From: Marsupella aquatica | Taxonomy: Eukaryota > Plantae > Marchantiophyta | Assembly (NCBI GenBank): GCA_973895155.1 | Contig: OZ316896.1 | Span: 17,224,754-17,288,753, forward strand | Length of the DNA: 64,000 nucleotides | Reading direction: 5' to 3' | Part shown: one piece after another, positions 23,472 to 35,330 of the stretch | How the letters are laid out: the number at the start of each line of letters is the position of its first letter | How positions within the stretch are numbered: the first letter of the stretch is position 1 | Program-made: the position numbers and the translations under genes | The notes under the pieces: model-generated | The model's database searches: none | What the model was told of the DNA's origin: nothing | What the model saw: only the letters and a program-made list of their open reading frames with translations

Positions 23472-25506
23472 ATGCAGATCATAACTACAACTCGGAGTGC
23501 CAATTTTTTGTTCTCCCAAGGGTCTGAAGTACTTCTTCATCTTGAGAATATATTGGTTGCAAGGGGGGTTGTGTTTAAGACCAATCCAGAAGACACTTGT
23601 CATTCTGAGGCATTGGGTAACAACCGCATGAGTGTTCTGGTGATTGAAATCTTTGAGCCAACAAAACCTCTTCCTTACCCCAATCCAGGAGCTGACACCA
23701 CTGGGGAGGCTTTGCGTTCATATGTTATATGGGACTGTGCTAGTGCCATTTTGGCAAATGAGAACATCTCATTGCAGGTCCAAAAAGCATCCAATGATAC
23801 TCCCAACCTTGTGAGACTTGAAGGAACTGATTATTCAAGGATTGTTGGAAACCAAGTCCCCAATTCCAACAATGAACCGGTTGCACCATTTTGTTTAGGA
23901 GATGATGTGCTATTGCAACTTACAAGCATTGTTGTTGCACGGGGTGAAGTTTCTAATACTCAACCAGAGGATACTTGTGGTGACATATTATTGGGACCAG
24001 GGCGTATTAGTGTCCATGTGGTTGAAGCACTTCATGGGGTGACTCAATTGCCATACCCCAACACTAACATAAAGACAATTGAGCAGTCTATAGGTAGTGT
24101 TGTTCTTTGGGATATAGTCAATGTATATCATGTTGGTGAGCAATTCAATGGGTGTGAATCGATTGAGATTCAAAATGGCGGACTCAGCCAAGGACCACAT
24201 GACAACTACGATTTGAATGATCGTTCCAAGTGGTACCTAAAAGATGTGGAGATTTATACTGTTGATCGGGTGACATTGCTTGCAAGAGGATCATCACAGC
24301 ATGGCAACCCACAACAACAATAAACAATGAAGTACTTGGTGATGGTCATGTTGGGGTGCTAGTTGAACGTGTGATTTGCAATATCCACATGCAACAGAAG
24401 GAATTCCCCACATTTTTAGTGGGAACCCCATGCTTGGTAAAATGGCCGATTGCAACTTTAAAATTCTATCCTTTTGACAAGTTTCTTGGAGATCTTCTGT
24501 CAGAACTTGAGGATGAACAGACTGTACATGAAGAGGGGGATAATGATGAGGATGATTTGTTCTCTTCTATGGAGTACCAACAAAAAAAGGCATTATTCAA
24601 TGGGCGGGTTGAGAAAACCAGCCAACCCAAATGCACGCCAAGAAAAAAGAGTGGAGCAGAGAAGAAGTGTGAAGGTGGATGAGAACAAAATAGCTCAAGT
24701 GGGCATGAAGAAGTGCAAGTGTGGAATGGAATGCTATCAAAACTTCTCCCGTAGAGACATTGAAGAGGTCAGAACTGAGTTCTATGGTTTGGACAGTGAT
24801 AACAAAATCAGTCATATGATAAATGTTTTTGAAATGAGGGAGAGATCTATGGTTGAGCAAGGACAAATGGTTGTCAAAGGTCACATCATTTGCAAAATGG
24901 CATTTGCAATTATATTTGGAATTTCTACAAGCACCTTCTACAACTATGAGAATCTATACAAGGGTGGTTGTAAAGTGGGGTTTCATGGCAATAAGGGCAC
25001 CAAAAAACCAAGGATGACAACACAAGAGTTTTGTGCTCATCTTGATCGTGTAGTGAATACCCTTGGCGAGCCTATGCCACATCTCAGATACACAGGGAGG
25101 AAGGGAACATCAAACATGATCATCTACAGATTACCATCTTGCTATAACAAAGATGCTATCTATGATGAGGTAGTTGAGAGCATGAAGGTGGAAGGGAGTC
25201 AGGGAATTACCATTGGGTCTTTCTATAAGATGTGGAGGGAGAACTATGCAAATTTTTCATTGCATGTGAAGAGTGCTTTTGCAAAGTGCACTCAATGCAC
25301 CACTTTGAAGGAGTTGTTGATGAAGGAGAGAAGAACTGAAGTTCGCAAGCGGTACAAAGCAACAAGGGAAAAACGCTTGCAAGAATAAATGTCTCGTCGA
25401 AACCTTTACTATGCAACTCGGGTGATGGCAAGAAGAAATCCAGAAGATCTTCTTTGCATTATTCATGATAAGATGGATCAAAACAAGACCCAAATTCCTA
25501 AAATGG
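23472..25506 (+). pseudogene. Transposon gene: three tandem En/Spm-TnpA-like (DUF8039-like) domains followed by a truncated DUF7869/Sola-like DDE transposase
   Basis: Repeats VARG.V....P.DTC....LG..R.SV.V.E......LPYPN....T.......V.W (two clear, a third frameshifted). Then KKCKCGMEC, ICKMAFAIIFGIS, EPMP, YRLP, FYKMW...SAFAKCTQC and LCIIHDKMDQNKTQIP, after which homology stops. A possible upstream exon lies at about 22437-22622. Confidence 0.7.
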
Positions 25507-26109
25507 TTGATACATAGATCATTGTATGATCGATATGAAGGATGTTTGAAGAAGCAAAAACTTTGGGAATGTGATATTTTGCAGAAAGAAGAATGGTGTA
25601 ATGCAACAACAGCCATGCACTTTTGGACATATCAAGGGAATAAAGTTGAACAAGGCATTTGAATCCCCAAAAAGAAACTGGAGGAAATCAAAGTTTATTT
25701 AGCAAGGATAGATATAGAAGAGCAAAGGTAGATATTGAGAGTGATATCATTTGTTTAGTAGGATTATATAGATTCAATTATTTGTTAAGTCTATCAAAAG
25801 TATAAGGATAACTTATTTTCTAGGTTGGTAATCTACTCTTATGTTTTGCCTGCTTGGCACTGAGTCTAAAATTGATTAGGCAAGGTAATTAAGGTACTTA
25901 TGTCATTTCAATTTTGGATTTTATTTATTTAAAATAATATGAAATATATATTATGTTTGTCAATGACTTCTCTTTGTGTGGTATTGAGGCTTTGTGCCCC
26001 CCCTTTTCCCCCAAAAAAATTGACTTCACTTTAGAATGTCTTGGATGATACAAGGTTCATGGATTGTAAATACTTCTAGGTATTTTGACTTTGATATATT
26101 CATAAACAA

Positions 26110-27941
26110 ATATAACAAATCATGATGAAGATATGTGAAAAGTAAATTGTTTTTGTTCTCCCTACTTGTATTGTCAAGCTGCAGGTAGAGAACTGGTGGA
26201 AGGCCCCCAAGCTTCTCTTGATACTCTAGGAATACTCTTTGTAAAATAGTAATGGTAAGATTTCCATCATTATGTAAAATTGGATAATTAAGGAACACCC
26301 TCGAAAATAATGCTCCGTGAAAGATAAGACACCCAACCACATGCATTTGGATTAAACAAGACTCATCAACAGATTTAGGAGGTCGTGGCCAATGGGGTAA
26401 CCTGGTCCCGAATTGTTTTGAATTCCTCACAATTTGTGCAAGCACTAAAACGATTCATAGAAGGGATCTTCACATGCCCAAAGTCTTGTGACCACACTTT
26501 CAAAAATTGTTGATATGATATTTTGGATGATTCATATGTGATTCCGTACCTTGAACTTCTAGCTTGGAATAATTGTCGGGCAAATGTGAAACATCTTTAT
26601 TGGGCAAAGTCTCCACACGAGTCTCAAAAAATGACTTCAACCATGAACTCAACACCAATGTTCTCACGGATGGCGGCCGACCAAGTGGTCTAGGGTAGGC
26701 TAGATCTTGATTGGCTAGCTTCTTGATTCTACTCAATCTTTCAAGGCCCACACAGAAGATGGTCCTAAAAGCTTTCCGACATATATCTCTTTGTCCAATT
26801 GTGTATGTCACAGTGGACCTCTCCTCTTCATTTTTGTCTTGCTTGACGAGCCACTACAAAGAGAAAGACCGATCTTGAGATTTTTGCCTCAAAAACTTTG
26901 AGCGTGCTTCACGAATTTCTTTTGGCAAAAGACTCAAGAGACAATGGCGTTGGCAACAGTACTTATGAATTGTTTTCTTGATATCCTCCTCTGTCATCTT
27001 CGTTTCACACAAACTAAGATTTGAGGTTCGTTTGTTAGCTATTGGAAGCCTTCCAGAATGCTCCCCATCGCTCTCAGAGTAAGATCCCTCAGCTGAAGAG
27101 GATATATCCACAAACTTCTCATGTTGGTATGCAGATAAGCCCCTCCGACTCGGCCCTAGAGGACTCAATGGCTCTTCTTTCACTTTCAAAAGGCGTGAGC
27201 TTGGCAGGTTTCCACTTGAATCCACTAAAAATCCAAACCTAGTTGTCTCTCTGATCCTCTTCTTTGGAATGTCCTCAAAGATCTTCTTTTTGCCCTTCAG
27301 GTATCCTGATGTTGATCCAGTTCCAACATCCGCCAAACAATGAAAGCTGTTGGGTGATCGTGCAGACTCAAACCTATCCTTGTTGAAATTGTGTCAGTTC
27401 CAAAAGGCCTCCTTGTTTCCGCCCTCACTCCTTCTCAAAATTTGAAAGATGTAGGATGACCATACTGGCTCTCGATCATTGGGGCATGTTGCATAGCAGG
27501 TCCTTTCCAGAGTGCACAAAAATCCAATCCCCTTTGTTGACTTGGCTTTTTTAACATTCTTCCAGATTCAGCATTCATGATTCATTCATGAGTCCGCTTT
27601 TTCACCTCTTCCTTATGTTGAGGACCCTAGGAGCTTACACCCAATTCCAACCCGTTTTGAGAAGGATTTGATAGCACTTGGCGCCCAGGGGGACTAGTAC
27701 TCTCAAATGAGTCCGAAGAGTGAGAGTGCTCACTTCTGCAAGGACCAACAAAGTTTTCCTTACTATTTGCTACACTAATTGGATTGAGTTTCAACTTACT
27801 CATTGGAGTTGGGGGAGGCATCTCCAAAACAATTATTTTGATAGGGGCATCTGGAGAACCAACACTACTAGGACCATCAAGGAAGGAAATATAATCAAAA
27901 ATACCATCCGAATAATCATCTGACTCATAACATGTTGCCAT
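26110..27941 (-). pseudogene. Second DUF7869/Sola-like DDE transposase, decayed
   Basis: KYCCQRHC, ICRKAFRTIFCVG, ETLPNKDVSHLP, KVWSQDFGHVKIPSMNRFSACTNC (manual frame), LPHW, VVGCLIFHG, DGNLTITIL, LPPVLYLQLDNTSRENKN. Frameshifts and an internal deletion near 26400. Confidence 0.75.
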
Positions 27942-28266
27942 TGCAAAAATAACACAAAATGTGAAGAGAACACTCAAAACCCCAAAAGAACTCAAATGTG
28001 AAAAAATGAAATGAGGTGGTGTCATGAATAACAAGCCCCATTTATAGGTTTTGGGCATTTTTTGAAAAACTTAATTAAAAAATAAATTATCAAATGAATC
28101 GCACCACTCAATAGAAACCTATTTTCTAAAACTTTTTACACGATTCCTTCAATTGATGCTTGATTCCACTTCATGAATTCATGAAGGGTCTCCAATCTTC
28201 GAAGGAGGGCAGCGAAAACCTTCATGAATTCATGAACCTCGAAACTAAAAAGTAGGAATTTTTTAC

Positions 28267-29331
28267 TGTCACCTAGCTGCACAGTGAGCAAGAAGCTGTG
28301 AACGGGCAAAGCAAAGGAGGCAAGACCAACGAGCTATGATGGCCTTGAGACTTGGCCCTACGAATTAGAATCTGAGGGAGTTGGCCTAGAATTGAGTCCA
28401 ATGTTCAATTGAATCCTCGATTAGGGATGTGGCGAGCCAATCGTTACCCTAGTATGTGAGAACCGGAGCAAGAGCAGATCAGAACTTGTGGAAGCTTTCA
28501 ATCGGGCCAAGGAGAGTGGGATTAGAGACAAAGAGATTAGAAATGGGATTACAAAGCACTCGATCGGGCCAGGGTTATTTTGATAAGCATCGGGGAGAAA
28601 CAATTGCACACGGGAGACGATCGGGAGGGGAGAGAGGTCAATTCAATCAAGCTGGGGAGAATTTCATAAGGACCGGGGGAGAAAACGATTGCACAAGGCA
28701 GGCGATCGGAGGGGGAGATTTCACAAGGTAGAGATCATAAGGTCTGGTAAGGAAAGGAGATTGTAAGGTCTGAGAGGGCAGAGCTTAGTCGAGAGGTAGT
28801 GCAAAGAGCTTAGTCAAGAGGCAGTGCTGCAAACATTAGTTGAGAAGAGCTTAGTCAAGAGACAGCGCAAACGTTACTTGGGATGGCAGAGATTTGCAAA
28901 GAGGGAACTTAGTCAAGAGGGTTCGGATGTGGAAGGATCGGGGGTCCTAGAGGGGAATTATCGAGTTTTTTTAGAGGGAGGATTGAGGGTTCGGGAGGGA
29001 GCGCACGTCGAGTAATTGGTGAGGAAGGGGAGAGATTGGGGAGTAAAGGGAGGCAAGGCAAAGGGATCATCGAGGGATCGGGGAGGGATCGAGGAGGATC
29101 GGGGAGGAGGGTACGACTACCCTTTGGAAAAGGAAACGGGATTGGGGAGGGATGGGGGTGAAGGGTACGGCTAGCCCTTTTGGAAAAGGAAACAGACTGG
29201 TGAGGGGGAGTTTTGGAAGCCATTGGGAAGGGTTTCAGAAGGGGTTCAAGGAGTAATTGACCAGAGGAGAACGGGGACAACTTTGGGGAGCCAAGAGGTT
29301 TGGATTCAAAAGCAAAAAGAAGAGAGTGACA
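28267..29331. mobile_element. Possible solo-LTR-like insertion (~1,065 bp), purine-rich
   Basis: Begins TGTCAC and ends GTGACA (perfect 6-bp inverted ends). Composition differs from the flanks, with internal GATCGGG and CTTAGTCAAGAG repeats. Flanks TTTAC and CTCGA are not a TSD. Confidence 0.45.
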
Positions 29332-29442
29332 CTCGACTGTAGGTGAGACCGAGTTCATGAAATCATGAAGCTGATTTGCCCAAAATGAAGTTTAGAATAA
29401 ATTTGATTAATCGTGAGTTGGTGGTGTTTATTTCAGGAAGAA

Positions 29443-31400
29443 ATGGCTGAACCAAAATCACAGGATAAAGTGTTAGACAAGATTTTTCACAAGCATCCCT
29501 TGACAGATTTTGGAGATTCTTCGTGGACCATTTCATTGGGGACCAAATCTTGGAAGAAGCCATTTTTGATGTTGTGCATCTATGAGACCTTACCTTCCGG
29601 ATCTCTTGGCTGGGTGAATTATGGTCGAGTAGATGTTTTTCAAAAAGGGGATGAAATCCTCAACATGTTGATCACAACCAAGGAGACATCTACGTTGATT
29701 GCTGTTGATGTTGAGCAATTTTTAGGGACGGCTGCTAGGTGCTATTTGACTGATGACATTGAAGGGATTATTCAAAAAAGTGAAGGCTCTGTCGGCATAA
29801 GAGAGATATGATGAGATTGCTCAGCTCATTGCTGGGTTTGTGTTTGAACATCATGCCAGCACATTGAAGAGTGCGATTCGAAAGTCTAGGGAGATTCTTT
29901 GCAAAGCGGTAGAGAAGAGCAATGTGCGTCCACCAAAGTTTGGCCCCTCTACTGCTCCTTCAGGATCACGTCCAAGTTTTGGTCCTGCTAAGAAGATGAT
30001 TGTTGCACCCCAGGTATCGGGTGGTGGATCACAAGTTGGTAGATCATAGGAGGGGACAACTGTGACTGGGGGATCAGCACAAGGGACTACTGGTACTCAA
30101 ACTTCAACAAAGAAACATGGAGCAGAGAGTTCTCAAGGTGCTGGACCTAGTGCACCAAAACCCAAGAAGCAGACATTGGAGAAAGTTCCAACTCATTTGG
30201 AATAGAAGGCTCAATCAATGTCGATGGATGCTTGAGTGGTGTATCAGGAGGAGATTTTAATGAGGTGTGGAGTCCAAGAGGAGACAATCGCGATTGATAT
30301 TGGACAATTTTACCCTCCAATTCAGAAGAAATCTTTGGAATTATCAGTTTACCAAGTGAGGCACATTCAACCATATTTTCTTACACAATTGACCAAACGT
30401 ATGAAGGCAGCTGGGGCTAGTCCACTTGCAACACCATTTGTTTTGTTGGTTGATCCTAAGGAGTCCAACTCGAGGTGATTTTGATTTCTCAAAAAAGAAT
30501 GATTACCACTATTATGTGATTGGGGGAAATCATTCTACTTGTGCAAAGGCAGACTTATCATTGTAGTTTCCCAACAACAAGTCATATAGGAGAGTCCAAT
30601 CTTGGATATTTGATGAGTTGTCTATTCAGGAAGCAAGGGACTTGGCATGAAGTCATAATATAGACTGAGAATTTTGTAAGCAAATGAGCACAATCCAGAG
30701 AGTGAATTATATTCACATGCGATTTGTTGATTTGCAAATTTGGTTAAGAATTTGTTTTTGCAATTTGAACCATAATGTTGGTATAGCAACTAACAACAAT
30801 TTATGTTGTTTCTCAGAAAGACATCACCTCCCGAAAAAAGAAGGGAGATAATGAAGATAGCAAAGACGTGAAGTCCATTCCAGATAAGTTTAATGCGCAT
30901 ATTGCATAGGCGCAAAATTGGTTGGCAATGAAAACATCATGCCAACAGACCCAAGGGAGTGAACTCTATCTTGAGCATCCAGAGTTTGGGAATGTGTATT
31001 ATGATATCTTCACACATGAGGCTCAAAACTTACACGAGGTAGTCCCATCAAGAGCTTACACATTGGCTTTGGCAGACATTCCTTACGGGTTTGGTATGAC
31101 TTCATGTCTTCATGAAGACAATGTTGGCTGGGGTGTGGAAGAGGTGACAAGAATGGTCCAATGTTTCAAGGTTGTCACCAAGGCACAATTATGGCGAATT
31201 ATCATACACCACAACATTGACTAGTATATGCTGTGAAGACTGCTTTCATAGCTGAGTGTAATGGTGGTTTTCAGAATTGCATTTGGTAAAGATATTTGCA
31301 GACTTTCAATATGTTTTCTTTGGTATTCATGATTTCATGAACTTCTATTTTCTAAATAAATATGTTTCTATTTTTTAGGGTGAAAGATAATGTAAAGAAT
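29443..31400 (+). pseudogene. Decayed spliced gene: ParB/Srx-like domain plus beta-class amino-DNA-methyltransferase (N6_N4_Mtase-like) N-terminal half
   Basis: YQVRHIQPYFLTQLTKRM...PFVLLVDP; YYVIGGNHSTCAKADL (GGNH at 30522-30533); ELSIQEARDLA.SHN...MSTIQRV. Then YTLALADIPYG (DIPY at 31075-31086) and NCIW^VKDN joined by a GT-AG intron at 31286-31378. Many stops and frameshifts. The SAM-binding motif I is not present. Confidence 0.65.
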
Positions 31401-31544
31401 ATTCTTTGAATCGATTCTTCATTGTGTCATAATGAACTCTGTCGAAAGTACTTGGAATATTTGTCACGCTTCATTATATAATATATATAAGAATTTTCAA
31501 GAGAATAAAAAAATTACATAATTTACTTAGTACGTAAAATGTAT

Positions 31545-32880
31545 AACTTTAAAAAAAATTTAATCTCTAAATAAAATTATACGTGACAACTCTATCTTCA
31601 CCAGATTGTCTTCTTTGTTCATTTGAACGGTTTGTCTCAAGAGTAAATGAATTTCTTCTTGCCTCCAATGGGATTTGTGGTTCAGAAACAATATGATCTT
31701 TGTGAAAGACAATAATAAACATATTAATTTTAAATTCTGGGAATTTACACAATTTTTTGCACAAAAATATAAAATTACATATCTGATAGGTTCTTCATTT
31801 GTCATGTGAATCCCTCTGGGTAATTCTAGGTTTTTCCTTAACTTAAGAGTTTTTGTTTCGTCTTTGTATTGCAACAAAATATGCAGAGAAATTAATTAGT
31901 AGATCGTTTACCATGTTATAACATTGGCCTAAAGGAAAAATAATTAAAAAAAATTTCATCTAATATTTTCATCATCATCCAAATCAATATATTGTCTTCT
32001 CTTAGTGATTGTATTGTTTGCTCGGTTTTCAATGGATGACCTAAGCAAATGTGCTTGAAATCTATACTCCGTAAATATAAAATTAATGATCATGCATAAT
32101 TTATACACAGTGTTAATAGAGTATACAAACTTATGATCTAGATCATATAAATAGCACTAAATGAACTTTTGTATCTCATGTAAGTTGATTGTCTGACATC
32201 GTTTTCATCTTCCTCTGGTATTTCAGGTGTACCCATACTCAGATTTCTCCTAGTAACACTTTGCCTTGCTTGGAGATAAAACCATCCTCTCAAGGGATGC
32301 TATATTAGTAATCTCAGTACCCTAATTTGACTTTCTATGAGATGATAAATTTCAAACCCATATGACATCTTTGCGTAGGTTGTCCATTGAAACTAAACAA
32401 ATATTATACTCACCAAGAGAAGACAATATATTGATGTGGATGATAATGAGTTTGTCAGATAAATTTTGTTTTAAAAATTCTTTTATTGTAGGTCATTGTT
32501 ATATTATGATAGATAATTTGCTAATTAATTTTCTATGCATAATTTTTTCTAATATAAAAATAAAATAGAAACTCATAGACCAAGAAGAAACTGATAATTA
32601 TTTTAAAAAAAATTTGACAAATGAAGAACCTATCAAGTATGTATATTTAAATGTTTTTGTTCATAAGATTGTGTAAATTTAAAAATTTAAAAATTTAAAA
32701 ATGAATGTACTTGTTATTGTCTTTCATCGAGACAAAATTACTTCTGATCCACAACCCCAAGTGGAACAAAGAAGAAATTTATTTAACCCTAAGATACACC
32801 GTTCAAATAAATAAAAAAGAAAACTTGGATAAATCAAAATATAATTTTATTTGTAGATTTTTTCAACACATTTTACAGAT
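31545..32880. mobile_element. Foldback / long-TIR element with ~500-bp degenerate inverted arms
   Basis: About 31545-32050 is the reverse complement of about 32365-32880. For example, TTGTCTTCTCTTAGTGA pairs with TCACCAAGAGAAGACAA, and GATAGGTTCTTCATTTGTCA pairs with TGACAAATGAAGAACCTATC. Confidence 0.75.
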
Positions 32881-34899
32881 CTCAATTTGGATAAATGGTT
32901 TAAGAATTATGGTAATTTTTTTTGCTGCATGATATGTCCAAACCGGATCAAAAACTGACTCAAAAACCAGATGGAAATCGGTTCAAATTTTGAATGATAT
33001 AACTTCTCAATTTCCATCACTTAGTTGGTATAATTTTTCTCACATACTATTGGAAGGTGGAACAACACAACCTTGATAAAAGATCAAGCTATTTATTGCT
33101 AAAATGTACTAATTAATTTATCTTAGAATTAATCATCTAATTTTCAATTTGTTAAAAATTAGACATCAATTCCAAAACCAAACATTTCCTTGAGGGCTTG
33201 AAGTATGTCTCTCATCGCTATCAGATTTTCTCAATACTAATATATTTATGGTTTTATTCCTCTTTCGCTATTGAGTCGGATGAGGGACCATAACATCTTT
33301 ATATGTATCTTGGCATGATTCAAGCTTAATATACTTCAAAGATGCTTAAATAGTCATTCAAGGTCCTCAACATGGTCATTGAAAACTATTTTTTTCATAT
33401 TAGATAATTTTTATATTCTTAACGGTTTAACCCATTTTATTACAATTGTTGAAAATGATTAGTAAATCATTGGGACTAATTATCTAAATACTTTATTATA
33501 TAGGTATTGAGAAAAAAGTTCTATATCCAATTGGGGGAAGTCAAGCCCAATGATGCAGATAAGAGGGTTATGGATGGGTGGAAACAAAGGTTAGCTATTA
33601 TCAGAAGAAACAACGATTGAAGATGTGATTTAAAAGGGGATAGGTAGGGTTCTTTGTGATCCCTTGCTATACATCGTAACATTTCAAGAATTTACTTTAG
33701 AACTCTTATGAGAATATTTATATAGTATTCACTTATTGATATTTATTGTCACATGTCGTATAGATGAAAGAACTAAAAGTATCTATTTTCACTTAAAGAC
33801 CAAGGTATCAATCCTTTTAAGAACGGAATTGAAACGGATTGAATGTTTTATATCTTTTTGAGAGTTTTAGAACCTCTTGCTCTTTATTTCTTTTATTTAC
33901 TCTTAACAGAAATAAATAAATCTACAGAAAATTTTTGAGTTATAGATGGAGGTAAACTTAGATTGAGATGATTTAATTATCATTTTAATATTGTCACTCC
34001 TTCAGAAATGATTCTGGTCTTATTATATATAAAATGATAATTTCCAACTTTTCTCCAATCATCTTTTTTTCAACCTATAATAATATCGGATGTAAAACTT
34101 TTGTTCACTAAATCCAAAATAATTTTCTGGTTACAAATACAGAGATAAGCCTTATGATGTCGTCAACATGATTTGATTAAGTGTGATACACAACTTAAGT
34201 CAAATTCTAAAATTTATTGCAGCGCATGATAACGATACTAATTCCCTTAAAAATTGACTTTTACTTCTCACAATTACAACATTCATCCTCAAATTGGCTA
34301 GCGAATCTCGTTACAGCGAATAAACCTAGTAGTGACTCGATGTGAATCTCAAAAGTTAATCATTAAACTCAATCACTAATAAAAGAGTTTTGAATTTAGT
34401 CACACTTCAAAATCAAAGCTTTATTTCCATACAAGACCTTAATTCTCAATGATTTATTACAATGGAAAGAGAAACAATTAATCAACAATCTCTATTATTG
34501 AATAATGTTTTTAGTCTTTAGTCAAAAAATGACACTAAAAGACTTTATAAGTTTAGAGTCCTAACATAATGGTGCTAAGAAAAATTATACCCTTTCGAGT
34601 CTAACTAAGATAGATATAATATTACTCTAATAATAAGTTTTTACAAAAACTAAGTTTAGGGGCGAAAATAACTAAGTGTCATTAGGTTTTTTTGACAGAA
34701 AATAATATTTGACTATTTTTGTCTATTTTTAATTGCTAATATATAACACTCAAAATGATGATTTTAACACAATGGTAGGTGCTACCTTCAGTTTGCAAGT
34801 AGGCAAACTCTCAAACTTTTCTAAGTGGTCTAAGTACTTCAAAGAAATAAGACAAAAATGTTATTGGATGAAAATGCAATCTAATCCTAAACTTTTCTA

Positions 34900-35330
34900 A
34901 GTGTTGGGAAGAAAAAGGTGGACGCTTTGCAAAGCGTCGGGATTTGGATGGAGGCTTTCTGAGGCGTCCGATAATTGTTGGACGCTTTCAAAAGTGTCAA
35001 CAGAAAATAACAAATTAATTTTTGATAACTTAAAAAATTCATAACTCCTTAACGGCTGGTCTGATGAAGCTCAAACTTTGCCAAAATGATCTCATATATC
35101 TAGTCTATCTGTTACCAAGATTTTAGATATTTCTGAGATCTTTATTAATTAAAATAAAATAGGAGAAGATTCAATTTTTTAATCTGGATTCAACATTTGA
35201 AATCGGTGCAGAAATTAGTTTTTTTCACAAAGAGGCTGCAAAAATCCAAGAATAAGCTCGATTTGAGGAAATAAAAAAAGTATCAATCCACATCACATAA
35301 CACTTTCATGTATATATTTTTGACTTTGTT
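34900..35330. mobile_element. Possible DNA-transposon (Mutator-like) terminal region remnant
   Basis: Repeated GGACGCTTT/AAAGCGTC inverted words followed by AATTCATAACT...AAACTTTG, a pattern typical of plant TE subterminal sequence. No partner end or TSD found. Confidence 0.3.

Noticed and set aside
31560-32932. Pair of homologous small proteins on opposite strands
   Set aside because: Explained by the inverted arms of the foldback element; AT-rich with no coding signature.
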